Below are positions 14,659-26,700 of a stretch of 64,000 nt of DNA, in pieces. The translations under genes and the position numbers were made by a program. The notes under the pieces were generated by a model. That model was not told where the DNA came from. It was given only the letters and a program-made list of their open reading frames with translations, and ran no database searches. Location: the NCBI GenBank assembly GCA_964016885.1, contig OZ024744.1, positions 91,016,001-91,080,000 on the forward strand, read 5' to 3'. The stretch comes from Eledone cirrhosa. Its lineage: Eukaryota. Position 1 is the first letter of the stretch; every line of letters starts with the position of its first letter.

Positions 14659-14990
14659 CATTTCATTTTACGTCCCCTTTTCCCTGCTTGCAAGGGTGGG
14701 ACGGGAACTGATTCTGGCTTGATTTCTACAGCTGGATGCCCTTCCTAACACCAACCTCCTTTACAGTGAGTGCTGGGTGCTTTTTTTGCTGTGGTACCTC
14801 CACGACCACTTTTGCAGTGGAATGATAGGGACACCAGTCCCTATCATCTCATTTCTACAGCTGAGTAAACTGGAGCAATGTGAAATAAAGTGTCTTGCTC
14901 AAGGAAACAACACATCACCCAGTCTGAGAATTGAACTCACAACCTTTCGATTGCAAGGCCAATGCTCTAACCACTAAGCCATGTGCCTCC
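14657..14990 (-). mobile_element. tRNA-derived SINE (family A) with CORE-like body and RTE-type 3' tail
   Basis: The reverse complement begins ggaggcacatggcttagtggttagagc...gttgtgagttcaattctc (pol III A/B boxes), continues with ccttgagcaagacactt (CORE-like) and ends ggacgtaaaatga. Near-identical to 15220-15554 and 43042-43386. Confidence 0.9.
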
Positions 14991-15046
14991 ATATATATAT
15001 ATTAATTCAAAATATAAACAAAAATAGACATTCGTGTGATCAAGTA

Positions 15047-15113
15047 TATTTTATTATACATATTTCAGAGGTACTGAGCTATCTTCAACAGTACGTCCTC
15101 ATCAGATAAAATA
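15047..15113 (-). ncRNA. Minimal type I hammerhead ribozyme motif (Penelope/retrozyme-like)
   Basis: Minus strand reads tattttat CTGATGA ggacgtactg..cagtacctct GAAA t-atgt-a TA ataaaata. This gives an 8-bp stem I, an intact core, a stem II hairpin, a minimal stem III and a UA cleavage site. Confidence 0.75.
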
Positions 15114-15219
15114 AGATGATGCATGACATACGCTGACTTAGTAGATGGTTAAGATTCAGTCATGGCATTGTAAAACTCATTCTTTGATTTATTCATTGAA
15201 CCTTGTTTAACCTTTAAAT

Positions 15220-15554
15220 ATCATCATCATCATTTCATTTTACGTCCGCTTTTCCCTGCTTGCAAGGGTGGGACAGGAACTGATTCTGGCTTGATTTCTA
15301 CAGCTGGATGCCCTTCCTAACACCAACCTCATTTACAGTGAGTACTGGGTGCTTTTTTGCCATGGCACCTCCACGACCACTTTGCAGTGGAATGATAGGG
15401 ACCCCAGTCCCCATCATCTCATTTCTACAGCTGAGTAAACTGGAGTAAAGTGTCTTGCTCAAGGAAACAGCACATCACCCGGTCTGAGAATTGAACTGAC
15501 AACCTTTCGATTGCAAGCAAGGCCAATGCTCTAACCACTAAGCCATGTGCCTCC
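15220..15554 (-). mobile_element. tRNA-derived SINE (family A)
   Basis: Second full copy, with a (GAT)n tail. Confidence 0.9.
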
Positions 15555-15565
15555 AAATATGCCTT

Positions 15566-15601
<36 letters not shown>

Positions 15602-15642
15602 CGAAACATAAGTCAATTGCATGAAGTCATAATCCTTTATTT

Positions 15643-15698
15643 ACTGCTATATATATTTCGATGATAGCCATTGAATGGCTATGACCTCATCAGGCAGT
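15643..15698 (-). ncRNA. Minimal type I hammerhead ribozyme motif
   Basis: Minus strand reads actgc CTGATGA ggtcatagccat-tca-atggctatcatc GAAA t-atat-a TA gcagt. Stem I is actgc/gcagt and stem III has a palindromic loop. Confidence 0.8.
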
Positions 15699-16033
15699 TA
15701 GTCAGTTCTTAGATATTCCAGCACTGTGTGTATAGTGTTGATGGTATTAGAGCCTTGGGACATATGAGCTTGTTAGGAATACTTTGATGTTGTCAGCAGG
15801 AATGGTATTGATTCTCATTGGTCAGTTTGTAGATGGTAGTAGGTTGGTATTTGACCTCAAAGAGGCAGGTGGTTCTGTGGGGTTCAAATTGTTAGCCAAG
15901 ATGACAATAGTTCCACATGACTGATTTTCACAAAAGGCATTCTTGGTCAGATATATTTTCAAATAAGGTTAATAGTATGAAATAGATACTACAGGTCATT
16001 CTTAAATTGAGGAATTTATATATATATATATAC

Positions 16034-16402
16034 GTTTGTATATGTATAATAAAGCCAAAACAATGCAGGTATGGACATAGAATAAAGAATGCAAATGCAA
16101 AAGATATTGTTGACAATTAGTCTTTTACCTTAGATTTATTTAAATGTCCTTAATTTTCGAGATAATATCTCTTCTTCGGAGGGAAGTAAAGCGGTTAAAC
16201 CAGTGTTCTGACTTAGCAAGCTATTTAGAACACTGGTTTAACTGCTTTACTTCCCTCCGAAGAAGAGATATTATCTCGAAAAGTAAGGACATTTAAATAA
16301 ATCTAAGGTAAAAGACTAATTGTCAACAATATCTTTTGCATTTGCATTCTTTATTCTATGTCCATACCTGCATTGTTTTGGCTTTATTATACATATACAA
16401 AC
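16034..16402. repeat. Fold-back inverted repeat, arms about 176 bp (Penelope-like inverted terminus)
   Basis: 16034-16209 is the reverse complement of 16227-16402 with very few mismatches. The arms contain the hammerhead-like CCGAAGA-agagatattatctc-GAAA. Confidence 0.9.
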
Positions 16403-17740
16403 ATTTATACCTCATTACACAATGCTTCAAGTGAACTATAACTTCCTCCTATATATATATACTGCGCAGACCGGTGGGGGTGAATTGGTACTCACAAGGG
16501 AACGGATGAAGAACCCAAGAGCACACACTTCGTCCGTTCCCATGTCGATTCAATTTGGATTGCCTCGGAAACATAACCTTATTATGTAACAAGCTGTCTG
16601 ACGATGTCATGGCACTGGCACACGGAACAGTGTGGCCACTGTCGTCATTTAAATATATATCACACATCCTTACGGGGTCGATAAAATAAAGTACCAGTAA
16701 TGCACTGGGATAATTGCTGGCCTTGTGCCAAAAGTAGAAACAATTATTATTAAAGGACTTGAACATCTGAAACTACTTCGCTTTTCCTTATTCTATATAT
16801 AGCAGCACGTTTTTCTCATATTTATACATATTTTTCCCCCCGCTGTGACCCGTCTATTTCGTTCTTACTGCTTCCTCTTTCTCTGTATCTTTACCCTCTC
16901 TAACAGTCACTCTCTCTGTTAGCCTCTTCCTCACCTTCACTCACTCATTCTCTGTTACTACCTCTCCTCCTCCTCCTTCTTCCCGTTTGACCTGTGCATA
17001 ATTCTTTTCTTTCGCACACTTGGTCTGGCAGGTCGCATTTTTTTTCTCTCTCTCATCTACGATTTCACAGAACTTACGTTCACCGAAATCACAGACTAGA
17101 TCCCTTCTTCCTCCCGTTAGACCTGTACGGAATTCTTTCCTTGCTTACATTCCAACCAGGTTTGATGGTCTTTATTCTCTCTCGTTCACGATTTCACGGA
17201 ATTTAAATTCATAGAAATTTGGGACTTGACTCGTTCTTCCTCACTTTTCGTTGCTTCACCATATTTGTTTGTTTACACTCGTGTTCCCTTTATTTATGTG
17301 TCCCAACGACTTTTTTTGCCGTTGCTCGCACCAACCGGAGGTATATGGTCTTTAAAGCGATGAAATACCAATGATGGTTGGAAGATCACTGATGAAGGAC
17401 TAACTTTATTCATATATATATATATATATACTAAGAATAATGAGTTCTAAACTCAAGCAGTCCTTTACAATGAAATAGCTCAAAGAAAGAAGTATTTCTG
17501 AGCCGTGTAATACAAGTTAATATAAATTAATATATATGATGAAACACAAATACCAACATATAAGTGTTTGTATTGTAAAAGACTAAGTTAGCTAGATTGA
17601 AAAATACTAATTATAATAATACAGTTTGTCTGTCTCGATTTAAAATAATAAATCAATAAAAACAAACGATATTGGCAAATGGCCGTGGTGCTTAGACAAA
17701 TTTAAATTTCAAAATCAAACCTGTTCCGTAGATAAGTTTA

Positions 17741-18062
17741 ATGATGGTGATAGTGGTGGTGGTGATGGTGGTGATGATGACGGTTGTTGTGATGATGACA
17801 GTGGTAATGGTGATTATGATGGTGGTGGTGGTGTTGGTGGTGGTGGTGGTTATGATGGTGATGATGGTTGTGATGATAGTGGTGGTGGTGGTGCTGGCTG
17901 TGATGATGATGATGATGGTAGTGCTGGTAATGATGATGATGATGATGATGATGAGTGCCAGGGACAGAAGAGGTGAACAGAAGGTCAGCCCCTATATTGG
18001 TGATGGTGGTAGCAGCAGCAATAAGTAGTAGTATGAGGAGGAACAGGATGGTAGTGATGGTT

Positions 18063-18094
<32 letters not shown>

Positions 18095-18095
18095 A
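17741..18095. repeat. (GAT/GGT)n trinucleotide repeat
   Basis: gatggtggtgatgatg runs. Confidence 0.9.
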
Positions 18096-18214
18096 AATTT
18101 ACCAATGGTGATTTTAGACTCAGGGTGGTTGAGTCATGTGTACAGCTGCTGCTGCTGCATTGCCAGTCTTCAATTTCTATTCCCTGGTTGTAAAGTGTGT
18201 TATATACACCTCAT

Positions 18215-18258
18215 ACATCATCATCATCATCATCATACATATATAATACACATATTTG

Positions 18259-18297
<39 letters not shown>

Positions 18298-18467
18298 AAA
18301 TATGTATATTATATATATATATACCTCATACATACAAATTATATATACATTATATACCTTATATACATGTGTGATATATATTCCTGATATATATACACCT
18401 CATATATGTATGTTATATATACATCATATGCATGACGTATACTTCATATACATGCATTATATATATG

Positions 18468-18502
<35 letters not shown>

Positions 18503-18792
18503 GTATGTGTGTACGTGTAGGATATATACACCTCATTTATAAGTGCATTAGTTATATAGACCCCCATATAATAGTGTATGATATATATATTACCAATATG
18601 TGTGTGCTATATATATATATACATACATATATATATATGTATATATATACATAGATATATATATATATATATACATAGATATATATATATACATATATAT
18701 AGATATATATATATACATATATATATATACATACATACATATATATATATACATATATATATATACATACATACATACATATATATATATAT

Positions 18793-18825
<33 letters not shown>

Positions 18826-18878
18826 CATATATATATATACATACATACATATATACATACATACATATATATATATAT

Positions 18879-18919
<41 letters not shown>

Positions 18920-19065
18920 CATATATATATATATACATACATACATATATATATATATACATACATATATATATATATACATACATATATATATATATAC
19001 ATACATATATATATATATATATACATACATATATATATATATATACATACATATATATATATATG
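18215..19065. repeat. (TA)n/(TACA)n microsatellite
   Basis: Direct inspection. Confidence 0.92.
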
Positions 19066-19314
19066 AAAATTAGAGTTAGAACTCCAATTGGAACCCTGTA
19101 ACTATTAAGCTCCAAGTATAAAAATACTGAGCCGATTAATAATATATAGTAAGAAACACAGTAAAACGTGTGTCTAAAATTACAAGGGTTGAAAAACCAC
19201 ATTTGTTTGAAATATTTAACCAAGAAGCAGACAGAATGATAAAATAAAAATATATTATTATACAAACCGCCTCAATAACCATTATATATATATATACACA
19301 CATATATATATATA

Positions 19315-19722
19315 TCATCATCATCATCAACGTTTAACGTCCGTGTTCCACGCTTGCATGGGTTTGGACGGGGGTAGTCCCACTTGAGGCAAGAGTGATT
19401 GTCTTGCTCGCATAGGACTGTCTGGCAGGTTTTCTACAGTTGGATGCCCTTCCTAACACCAACCACATTTACAGTGTGGGTCTGGGAGGTTTTTACCGTG
19501 TTGCCTACACGGCCACATTACAGCGTGGACTGTGTGTTTTTTTGTCGTGACACCTACACGATCTCATTTGTTTCGGCCTCGATGGCGCGGCACCAACATA
19601 ACTTTACATAGAACGGGGTGGTGTGGATCGGGTGGGGGTGGTGGTGGTGGGACGGGGTGTATTTTGTTAGAGATGCCTACTGGCTGGAGTAGGTTTTACT
19701 ATATATTTAGGTAAGGCGGGTC
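19315..19722 (-). mobile_element. RTE LINE 3' UTR fragment
   Basis: The reverse complement matches the 3' end of the RTE copy at 31360-31878 and carries a (GAT)n tail. Confidence 0.85.
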
Positions 19723-19969
19723 TTATATATATATATATATATATACATACACATATATTTTTATTTGTTTGACCCGAATTACTTAGTCGTTTTTATGGCA
19801 GTGCGGATGATTGTTTAACCATCGTCTAAGTGTGTTTGGCCTTTAACGTATGTTGTAGCTCTGGTTCATCTGAATCATTGAGCGCTTGCCACACATCTCG
19901 GAAGTTGTTTTTCGTTAATTCCTAAGCCGATATACGATTCTCGCTAATTTATATTTATATATATATATA

Positions 19970-20509
19970 TATATCATAAATCATGTCTTTAGAATCATCA
20001 GATATTAAAATATATACTATTTCTTCTTCTAATTAGCATAATTAACCATATACAAAATCAATCCTAGCAAGCTATAAGAATAAATTCTCTTATGGGGAAA
20101 TCTCTGACAAATAATCGATCGTAGCCTCTTCGTGGCGGCCCCGTTTCATTATTTATCCAACATTTCGACAGCATGTAGAATCCGACTAAATATACCATCA
20201 ACCACACACAATTAGTAATTATATTACGGTATGTGCGCATTTCTTCTAAGTTTAATTTTACTACTAATTGTGTGTGGTTGATGGTATATTTAGTCGGATT
20301 CTACATGCTGTCGAAATGTTGGATAAATAATGAAACGGGGCCGCCACGAAGAGGCTACGATCGATTATTTGTCGGAGATTTCCCCATAAGAGAATTTATT
20401 CTTATAGCTTGCTAGGATTGATTTTGTATATGGTTAATTATGCTAATTAGAAGAAGAAATAGTATATATTTTAATATCTGATGATTCTAAAGACATGATT
20501 TATGATATA
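19970..20509. repeat. Long fold-back inverted repeat, arms about 248 bp, spacer about 44 bp
   Basis: 19970-20217 is almost exactly the reverse complement of 20262-20509. It is flanked by (TA)n, and CTGATGA lies near the outer end of the arms. Confidence 0.92.
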
Positions 20510-20609
20510 ATCCTCTGATTTTTTGATTTTAATTTATTAATTCTTCATAGAGCTTAAAAGTGAACAGTTGCAACATATATATATCTTTAACTTTATGTAT
20601 ATGATAACC

Positions 20610-20617
20610 TTTATATA

Positions 20618-20658
<41 letters not shown>

Positions 20659-20882
20659 ACAAACATATATATATACATACATATATATATATATACATAC
20701 ATATACATACATATACATACATATATATATATATACATACATATACATACATATATATATATATACATACATATACATACATATATATATATATACATAC
20801 ATATACATACATATATATATATATACATACATATACATACATATATATATATATACATACATATACATACATATATATATAT

Positions 20883-20951
<69 letters not shown>

Positions 20952-20985
20952 CATATATATATATATACATACATATATATACATA
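20610..20985. repeat. (TA)n/(TACA)n microsatellite with a 30-bp periodic block
   Basis: Direct inspection. Confidence 0.9.
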
Positions 20986-20989
20986 CCCA

Positions 20990-23234
20990 CACAAGACACT
21001 AACACACAATTTCAACACTTCATGACAACGATACACACTATATGCAAAAAGTTTGTCCCGGAGAAAGAGGCAAAGAGACGCAAAAATCTTATTCCGAGAG
21101 ATAGGAAAATCCTTATGAGACATAGAACTAAACTCTCAAACCAGTTGAATAGTCAACAAAACAAAAACAAGAAGGAATCCTATTTGAAATGTGCATTACT
21201 TGGCACCGAGATTGCACTCAAGCTTTCCCATGAGAATGAGAGGGCAAAGAAAGAGAACAGGGCCATAGAAAACATTAAAACAAACCCTAAGGCCTTCTTT
21301 AAATTTGCAAAAGAAACCGCCTCAGTACACTGCAAGATTGGGCCACTCTTCCACACGGACGGTTCATTAACCGAAAACCCCCAAGAGATATGTGAAAAAC
21401 TGAACGAACAGTACAAAAGTGTGTTCACATGTCCACTGAGGCACATGCAAATAACGAAGCCAGAGGAGTTCTTTGATGCCACAACACTACATGAAGAAAT
21501 GGCAACCATCAACCACATAGACATAACGGAGGAGGATGTGGTGTACGCCATTGATGAAATTAGAACAGACTCGGCTGCTGGACCTGATGGATTCCCAGCA
21601 GTTCTCTTAAAAATATGTAAGCGGGCCTTAGCAACTCCACTGAAGATGCTCTTCAGAAGCTCCTTGGCTAGCGGTGTACTACCCAGGGAGCTGAAAGAAG
21701 GCACAATATGCCCTATCCATAAAGGAGGTAGCAGAGCGGAGGCCAAGAACTATAGGCCAGTCTCCCTGACGTCGCATATCAGTAAGGTCATGGAGCGAGT
21801 CGTCAGAAAGAAACTGATCACTTTCCTTGAGGAAAATAACCGCCTGACTGGCACGCAACATGGCTTCCGCCCAGGAAGAAGCTGCCTTACACAGCTGCTA
21901 CATCACTACGACTGGGTACTGAGACAACTACTAGACAGCTCACATGTGGACGTGATATATCGTGACTTTGCGAAGGCCTTTGACAAGGTCGACCACGGAA
22001 TGATATGTCACAAACTACACGGACTCGGCATAACTGGAAAAGTAGGTGAGTGGCTGCATGGCTTCCTAAGGGACAGAAGCCAGGTAGTCGCAGCAAATGG
22101 GGCCCTCTCAAAGGAAACACCAATAGCAAGTGGGGTGCCCCAGGGGACAGTCCTGGGACCACCACTGTTTTTGGTGGCTCTCTCAGACATGCCCTCTGTA
22201 GTACATACAACAACATCCCTCACTAGCTATGCTGATGATACTAAGGTAGCACAGGCAATCAAAAACCCGGCTGACGCTGCCCTTTTACAACAGGATCTAG
22301 ATGCCATATACAAATGGGCGGAAGAAAACAACATGCAGTTTAATGCTGGCAAATTCCAAGCCCTACAATACAAACCCCCAAACAAACCTGCAAACACAAA
22401 TATAGTGGAACACAACTACACAGGACCAGGAGGGACCAATATCCCCGTGTCAAAATCGATACGAGACCTGGGCATAGACATGAGCGATGATGTATCTTTT
22501 TCTTCACACATCATGAAAGTGGCGACAATGTGCAGACGACTCGCTGGCTGGATCTTGAGGACTTTCTGGACAAGAGACCAAGAGACCATGTTGATACTAT
22601 GGAGGACATTTGTCCTAAGCCGCCTGGACTACTGCTCCCAGTTGTGGTCACCCCATAGTGTCAAACTAACCACAGAGCTTGAGGCAATCCAGCGAAGCTA
22701 CACCAAGAGGATTGCCAAGATGAGGGAGACAAGCTACTGGGAGAGGCTAAAGGAACTGAACCTCTACTCCTTGGAGCGAAGACGGGAGAGATACGCAGTG
22801 ATCTACATGTGGAAAATCCTGGAGGGACTAGCACCAAACTTTGGCATTGGGAGCTGGACCAACCGTCGAACAGGACGTCACTGCGTGGTGCCAAAGGACC
22901 CGTCTTCCACATCTAGAATAAGGAGCAGGTATTGCAATAGCCTGGGATTCAAGGGCCCTCAACTCTTCAACAGGCTGCCGAGGGATCTGAGAGATTGGCA
23001 TGACGTGGAGGTGGATGTCTTCAAGAAACATCTCGACACCTTGTTATCCAGGATCCCAGATGAGCCCACAACAAGACACGAGGGAAACCTAAGGGCAGCA
23101 GCAACAAACTCCCTCTTACACAAGTGGCCAACCTATACAGGCTGGAGATAAAATGTGTAGCAAGAAGGGCGGTGCCCCAGCATGGCCTCAGCCGGATGGC
23201 TGAAACAGGTAAAAGAGTAAAAGAGTAAAAGAGA
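20990..23234 (+). mobile_element. CR1/L2-group LINE, 5'-truncated, with a (GTAAAAGA)n tail
   Basis: RT ORF followed by a short 3' UTR ending ccccagcatggcc..ctgaaacaggtaaaagagtaaaagag. Both sides are (TA)n tracts. Confidence 0.85.
21022..23151 (+). CDS. CR1/L2-group non-LTR retrotransposon reverse transcriptase (5'-truncated ORF2, no endonuclease)
   Basis: 709-aa open frame with the RT motifs [55 protein letters not shown] and SYADD, plus the CR1-type C-terminal motif [12 protein letters not shown]. Confidence 0.92.
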   Translation: MTTIHTICKKFVPEKEAKRRKNLIPRDRKILMRHRTKLSNQLNSQQNKNKKESYLKCALLGTEIALKLSHENERAKKENRAIENIKTNPKAFFKFAKETASVHCKIGPLFHTDGSLTENPQEICEKLNEQYKSVFTCPLRHMQITKPEEFFDATTLHEEMATINHIDITEEDVVYAIDEIRTDSAAGPDGFPAVLLKICKRALATPLKMLFRSSLASGVLPRELKEGTICPIHKGGSRAEAKNYRPVSLTSHISKVMERVVRKKLITFLEENNRLTGTQHGFRPGRSCLTQLLHHYDWVLRQLLDSSHVDVIYRDFAKAFDKVDHGMICHKLHGLGITGKVGEWLHGFLRDRSQVVAANGALSKETPIASGVPQGTVLGPPLFLVALSDMPSVVHTTTSLTSYADDTKVAQAIKNPADAALLQQDLDAIYKWAEENNMQFNAGKFQALQYKPPNKPANTNIVEHNYTGPGGTNIPVSKSIRDLGIDMSDDVSFSSHIMKVATMCRRLAGWILRTFWTRDQETMLILWRTFVLSRLDYCSQLWSPHSVKLTTELEAIQRSYTKRIAKMRETSYWERLKELNLYSLERRRERYAVIYMWKILEGLAPNFGIGSWTNRRTGRHCVVPKDPSSTSRIRSRYCNSLGFKGPQLFNRLPRDLRDWHDVEVDVFKKHLDTLLSRIPDEPTTRHEGNLRAAATNSLLHKWPTYTGWR

Positions 23235-23499
23235 ATACATATATATATATATATACATATATACATATATATATATGTATATATATATGTGTATATATAT
23301 GTATATATATATATATACATATATATACACATATATATATATACATATCATCATCATGATCATCATCATCATCTTTGTTTAACGCCCATTTTCCACCCAT
23401 GCTATAGTGGAAAATATATATATATATACAGAAATAACAACACAATCGGTACAGTATATGGAAGGAATATATTAGGTTAACACTTGATATAGCAGGAAT

Positions 23500-23540
23500 A
23501 GGGCCTTAACGTTTTGGATGCTAGTCCTTCATCAGAAGAA
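23500..23540 (-). ncRNA. Degenerate minimal hammerhead motif (Penelope-like LTR remnant); related copy at about 23845-23880
   Basis: Minus strand reads ctt CTGATGA aggactagcatcc AAAA cgtt aag (GAAA changed to AAAA). It lies within a duplicated segment, 23430-23560 versus 23775-23900. Confidence 0.5.
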
Positions 23541-24024
23541 AGAATGAGAAATGTGAAGATACATGCTTTTGTGGTTACAGTGTTCAACTCACAATTGAGA
23601 GAGAAGAAAAAGAAAGGAGGGTGAGTTAAATAGTATAGAGAAAGAATTAACCCCAATATTGAACTGGTACTTTATCGGGAAAAATAGCCTTAAAATACTT
23701 GGTATGTATAAAAGTTATGAGCGATATATATACACACACACACAGATATGTGTGTGTGTGTGTAAAAGGTAAAAAGAAATAACAAAAACAGTTCAGAATA
23801 TGGAAGGAATATATTAGTTTAACGCTTGCAATAGCAGAGAGGGACTTAACGTTTTTCAGATTCTAGTCCTTCATCAGAAAAAAGCAATAAGAAATTAGAA
23901 AGATTGAGGGGTCAGGCAGGGCAAAAATCAGAAAAAATTATACATATATATGTGTGTGTAAATGAAGTAATTCCGTCGGAAGGGTCCAGGAAAAAAGAGT
24001 GTTCTATGTAGGTTACAGAGATTA

Positions 24025-24154
24025 ATAGTTATGTAATAAACAACATGAGATAATTACTTCATTTACCAGTGATGACTGAAAGCAAATTTTGTTTGCTTTC
24101 AAGAAACCACTGGTAAATGAAATAATTATCTTATGTTGTTTATTACATAACTAT
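24025..24154. repeat. Fold-back inverted repeat centred on a hammerhead remnant
   Basis: Arms are atagttatgtaataaacaac..ccagtg and cactgg..gttgtttattacataactat. The centre reads TGATGA ctgaaagcaaa..tttgctttcaa GAAA cca-c-tgg TA. Confidence 0.8.
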
Positions 24155-24218
24155 ATATATATATATAAACAAAAAGTGTAAGTTAACAAGTTGAAATTAA
24201 CTTCGTTTATTCATATTC

Positions 24219-24277
24219 ACTGTTATATATATTTCAGTGATAACCATTATGCAACAGCTGTGACCTCATCAGACAGC
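24219..24277 (-). ncRNA. Minimal type I hammerhead motif (same family as 15643-15698)
   Basis: Minus strand reads gctgt CTGATGA ggtcac...tcact GAAA t-atat-a TA acagt. Confidence 0.65.
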
Positions 24278-24734
24278 TAGAATTTGAACAGAAAAAACAG
24301 AAAAACATAACGATGGAATAAGGTTTACCTCTGTTATATATATATGAGGTGTGTAATGTATATATATAACACACATATAATGTGTTGATCTCTGAAACTG
24401 GTGGAAAAGAGAGAGAGAGGAAGGATGTAAAACAACGACTAACATTAACAGCCTTTTCTTACTTAAGGCCTTTTCTTACTGGTCAAATGCCACCTTTTCT
24501 GTCTGCAGCCCTTTCGGCTCACAAATCTTTCCTCCTCTCAACATGTGTGTATGTGTAACTGTGTCCGATATACTACACTAGCCAATTTTCCACAGCACTG
24601 CCTCTACAGAACAAAAAATCCAGCATTCTGGATTTCATCTGTCCATCATTTTCTTCATTGCTGTTCAAGAGTAACATTAACTGTGTCGATCTGAAGAGGT
24701 AATTAAGCTTTGCAATGGCATGAACATAACCCCT

Positions 24735-25130
24735 TCTTCCAGTTCAAACAAATGTCTTTTTCTTCTTTGCTCCTTTATTCCTGAGAGGGTCGTGGGGGTA
24801 GAGTCCTGAAACACACCTTCCGGCAGATCCTGTCAGAAGCAGCTATCTTCAACTGATCCGGGTGGAACCCCAAGCAAAACCAACCAAGCTCATGGATGTT
24901 ATCCAACCATCTTGTTTAGGGTTTACCTCTGGTTCTCCTCCTGGTTAATTTTTGTCTATAAAATCTGTCCAGTGATTCTTTCCTGAGACATTCTAACCTC
25001 ATAGTATTGGAACTGTGATCTCTTAATTTGGAGAAGTAGCGGCTCTCAGTGGATTGACTCTCTCATCTCTGAGCTATGCACTCTATCAAGTAACTTTACT
25101 CCAAAGACCCTTTGAAGGAACTCTATTTCA
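24735..25130 (-). mobile_element. Degenerate RTE-group LINE 3' fragment
   Basis: Minus-strand remnants resembling PLLLQIKRSQFQYYE.VRMSQERI...TRRRTRGKP. Paralogous to 27470-27805. Confidence 0.65.
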
Positions 25131-25164
25131 ACTGCTTTAAAAAAGCCAAGTCAATTGGCAACAC

Positions 25165-25775
25165 AACATCATCATTTTACATCCACTTTTCCCTGCTTGC
25201 AAGGGTGGGACGGGTCCTATTCAGCACAACATCTCTCCACTTGTCACGGTCCTTCGTCATCTCCTCTGTGAGCTTCAGCGATCTGAGGTCTGCTCTCACC
25301 ACCTCCGCCCATGTTTTTTGTGGTCTTCCTCTACTATGTCTTCCTTCAACTGGCATTTCTTCACCCATCGGTCATCCTTCATGCGCATCACATGTCCATA
25401 CCTTCGCAATCTTCTCTCCAGCACACTACAATTTATCCCTGTTATACACAGTTTCTCTCCCAACTCATCCATGCTCAGCCGTTCACGCACATTGACATTG
25501 CACATCCAACGGAGCATGCTTGCTTCATTTCTCTCCAGCCATCGCATATCCTCTGCAGTTGCTGCCCATGTCTCACTACCATGCAGCATCGCGCACCTCA
25601 CACAGGCATCATATAACTGTCCTTTCGTACGCAGAGAGAAACGCTTCTTCATCAGCAGAGGAAGCAGTTCCCTAAACTTCCTTATTCTGGATACTATGGC
25701 CTCAGAACAACCCCCTCCCATGCTAATCTGATCACCTAGGTACCGGAAGCTATCAACCACTTCTATAGCACCCAT
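25165..25775 (-). mobile_element. RTE LINE 3' fragment (frameshifted)
   Basis: EVVDSFRYLGDQISMGGGC, AMLHGSETW and ERRLRRYGHVMRM; ends ccttgcaagcagggaaaagtggatgtaaaatgatg. Confidence 0.88.
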
Positions 25776-26259
25776 ATGCAATGGTAATATAATATAATAA
25801 ACCATGAAAATAATTGTTTCTACTTTTTGGCTCAAGGCCAGCAATTATCCAAGTGTATTACTGGTACTTTATGAAAAGTTTTTAACTCATTTTTTCTGTA
25901 GAGGCAGTGTTGGGGAAAATTGGTTAGTGTGGGAAATGGGGCACATACACTCACACACATATATACACACACATACACACACACTCACATGCAATATTGG
26001 TGTTGAGAGGAGGAAAGATTTGTGAGCTGAGAAGGCTACAGATAGAAATGAGGTATAGACTTTTCATTATTTTCAAAAGTCTATAACTATATATCTAAAA
26101 GACACTGCTTATGATTTTCAAATAATTTTGCAAATAGTCAAGAATTTGGTGGGATTTAAAGGGCTGAAACACTCGCTTGAAGAGAGGTCTCTTCTCTGAA
26201 GACCTTCTGCTGTCCAGATCTGAGAGTTTTTTACCACTATAACTAACTTTCAATCAAAT

Positions 26260-26700
26260 ACTGCTGAGATCAACTTAGCCTTTCACCCTCCCCAGGTTGA
26301 TGAAATACAGTACCAGTCATGTACGGGTGTCGAGATAATTGACTTTCTTTCCCCTTCCCTCAAATCGTTAATCATGTGTCTAAATTTATAATCATTATCG
26401 AGGTTAACTTTGCCTTTCATCCTTACGAGGTCGATAAAATAAAGTACCAGTAATACACTGGGTATTTGCTGGCCTTGTGCCAAAAGTAGAAACAATTATT
26501 ATTAAGCTGGATTGGCAGTATCAGTAGAGGGTCGGACGCCATGCTTTGACACAAAGAGTTACGTCCCTTTACGATCTGAGTTCAAATCCCGCCGAGGTTA
26601 ACTTTGCCTTTCATCCTTACGGGGTTGATGAAATAAAGTACCAGTAATGTACTGGGTAATTGCTGGCCTTGTGACAAAAGTAGAAACAATTATTATTAAG
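26260..26700 (+). mobile_element. Cluster of tRNA-derived SINE family B copies and fragments
   Basis: B-box gagttcaaatccc, then gttaactttgcctttcatcc..ggggtcgataaaataaagtaccagt..ggccttgtgccaaaagtagaaac(att)n. The motif recurs at 16665-16750, 25810-25870(-), 27893-28080(-), 43720-43815 and 44750-44920. Confidence 0.85.

Noticed and set aside
14275-14748. His-rich protein ORF
   Set aside because: It is the translation of a (CAT)n repeat running into a SINE tail.
21180-21746. Antisense ORFs overlapping RT genes (also 46350-46967 in an alternate frame and 61455-62084)
   Set aside because: These are shadow frames of LINE ORF2 with no recognisable motifs.
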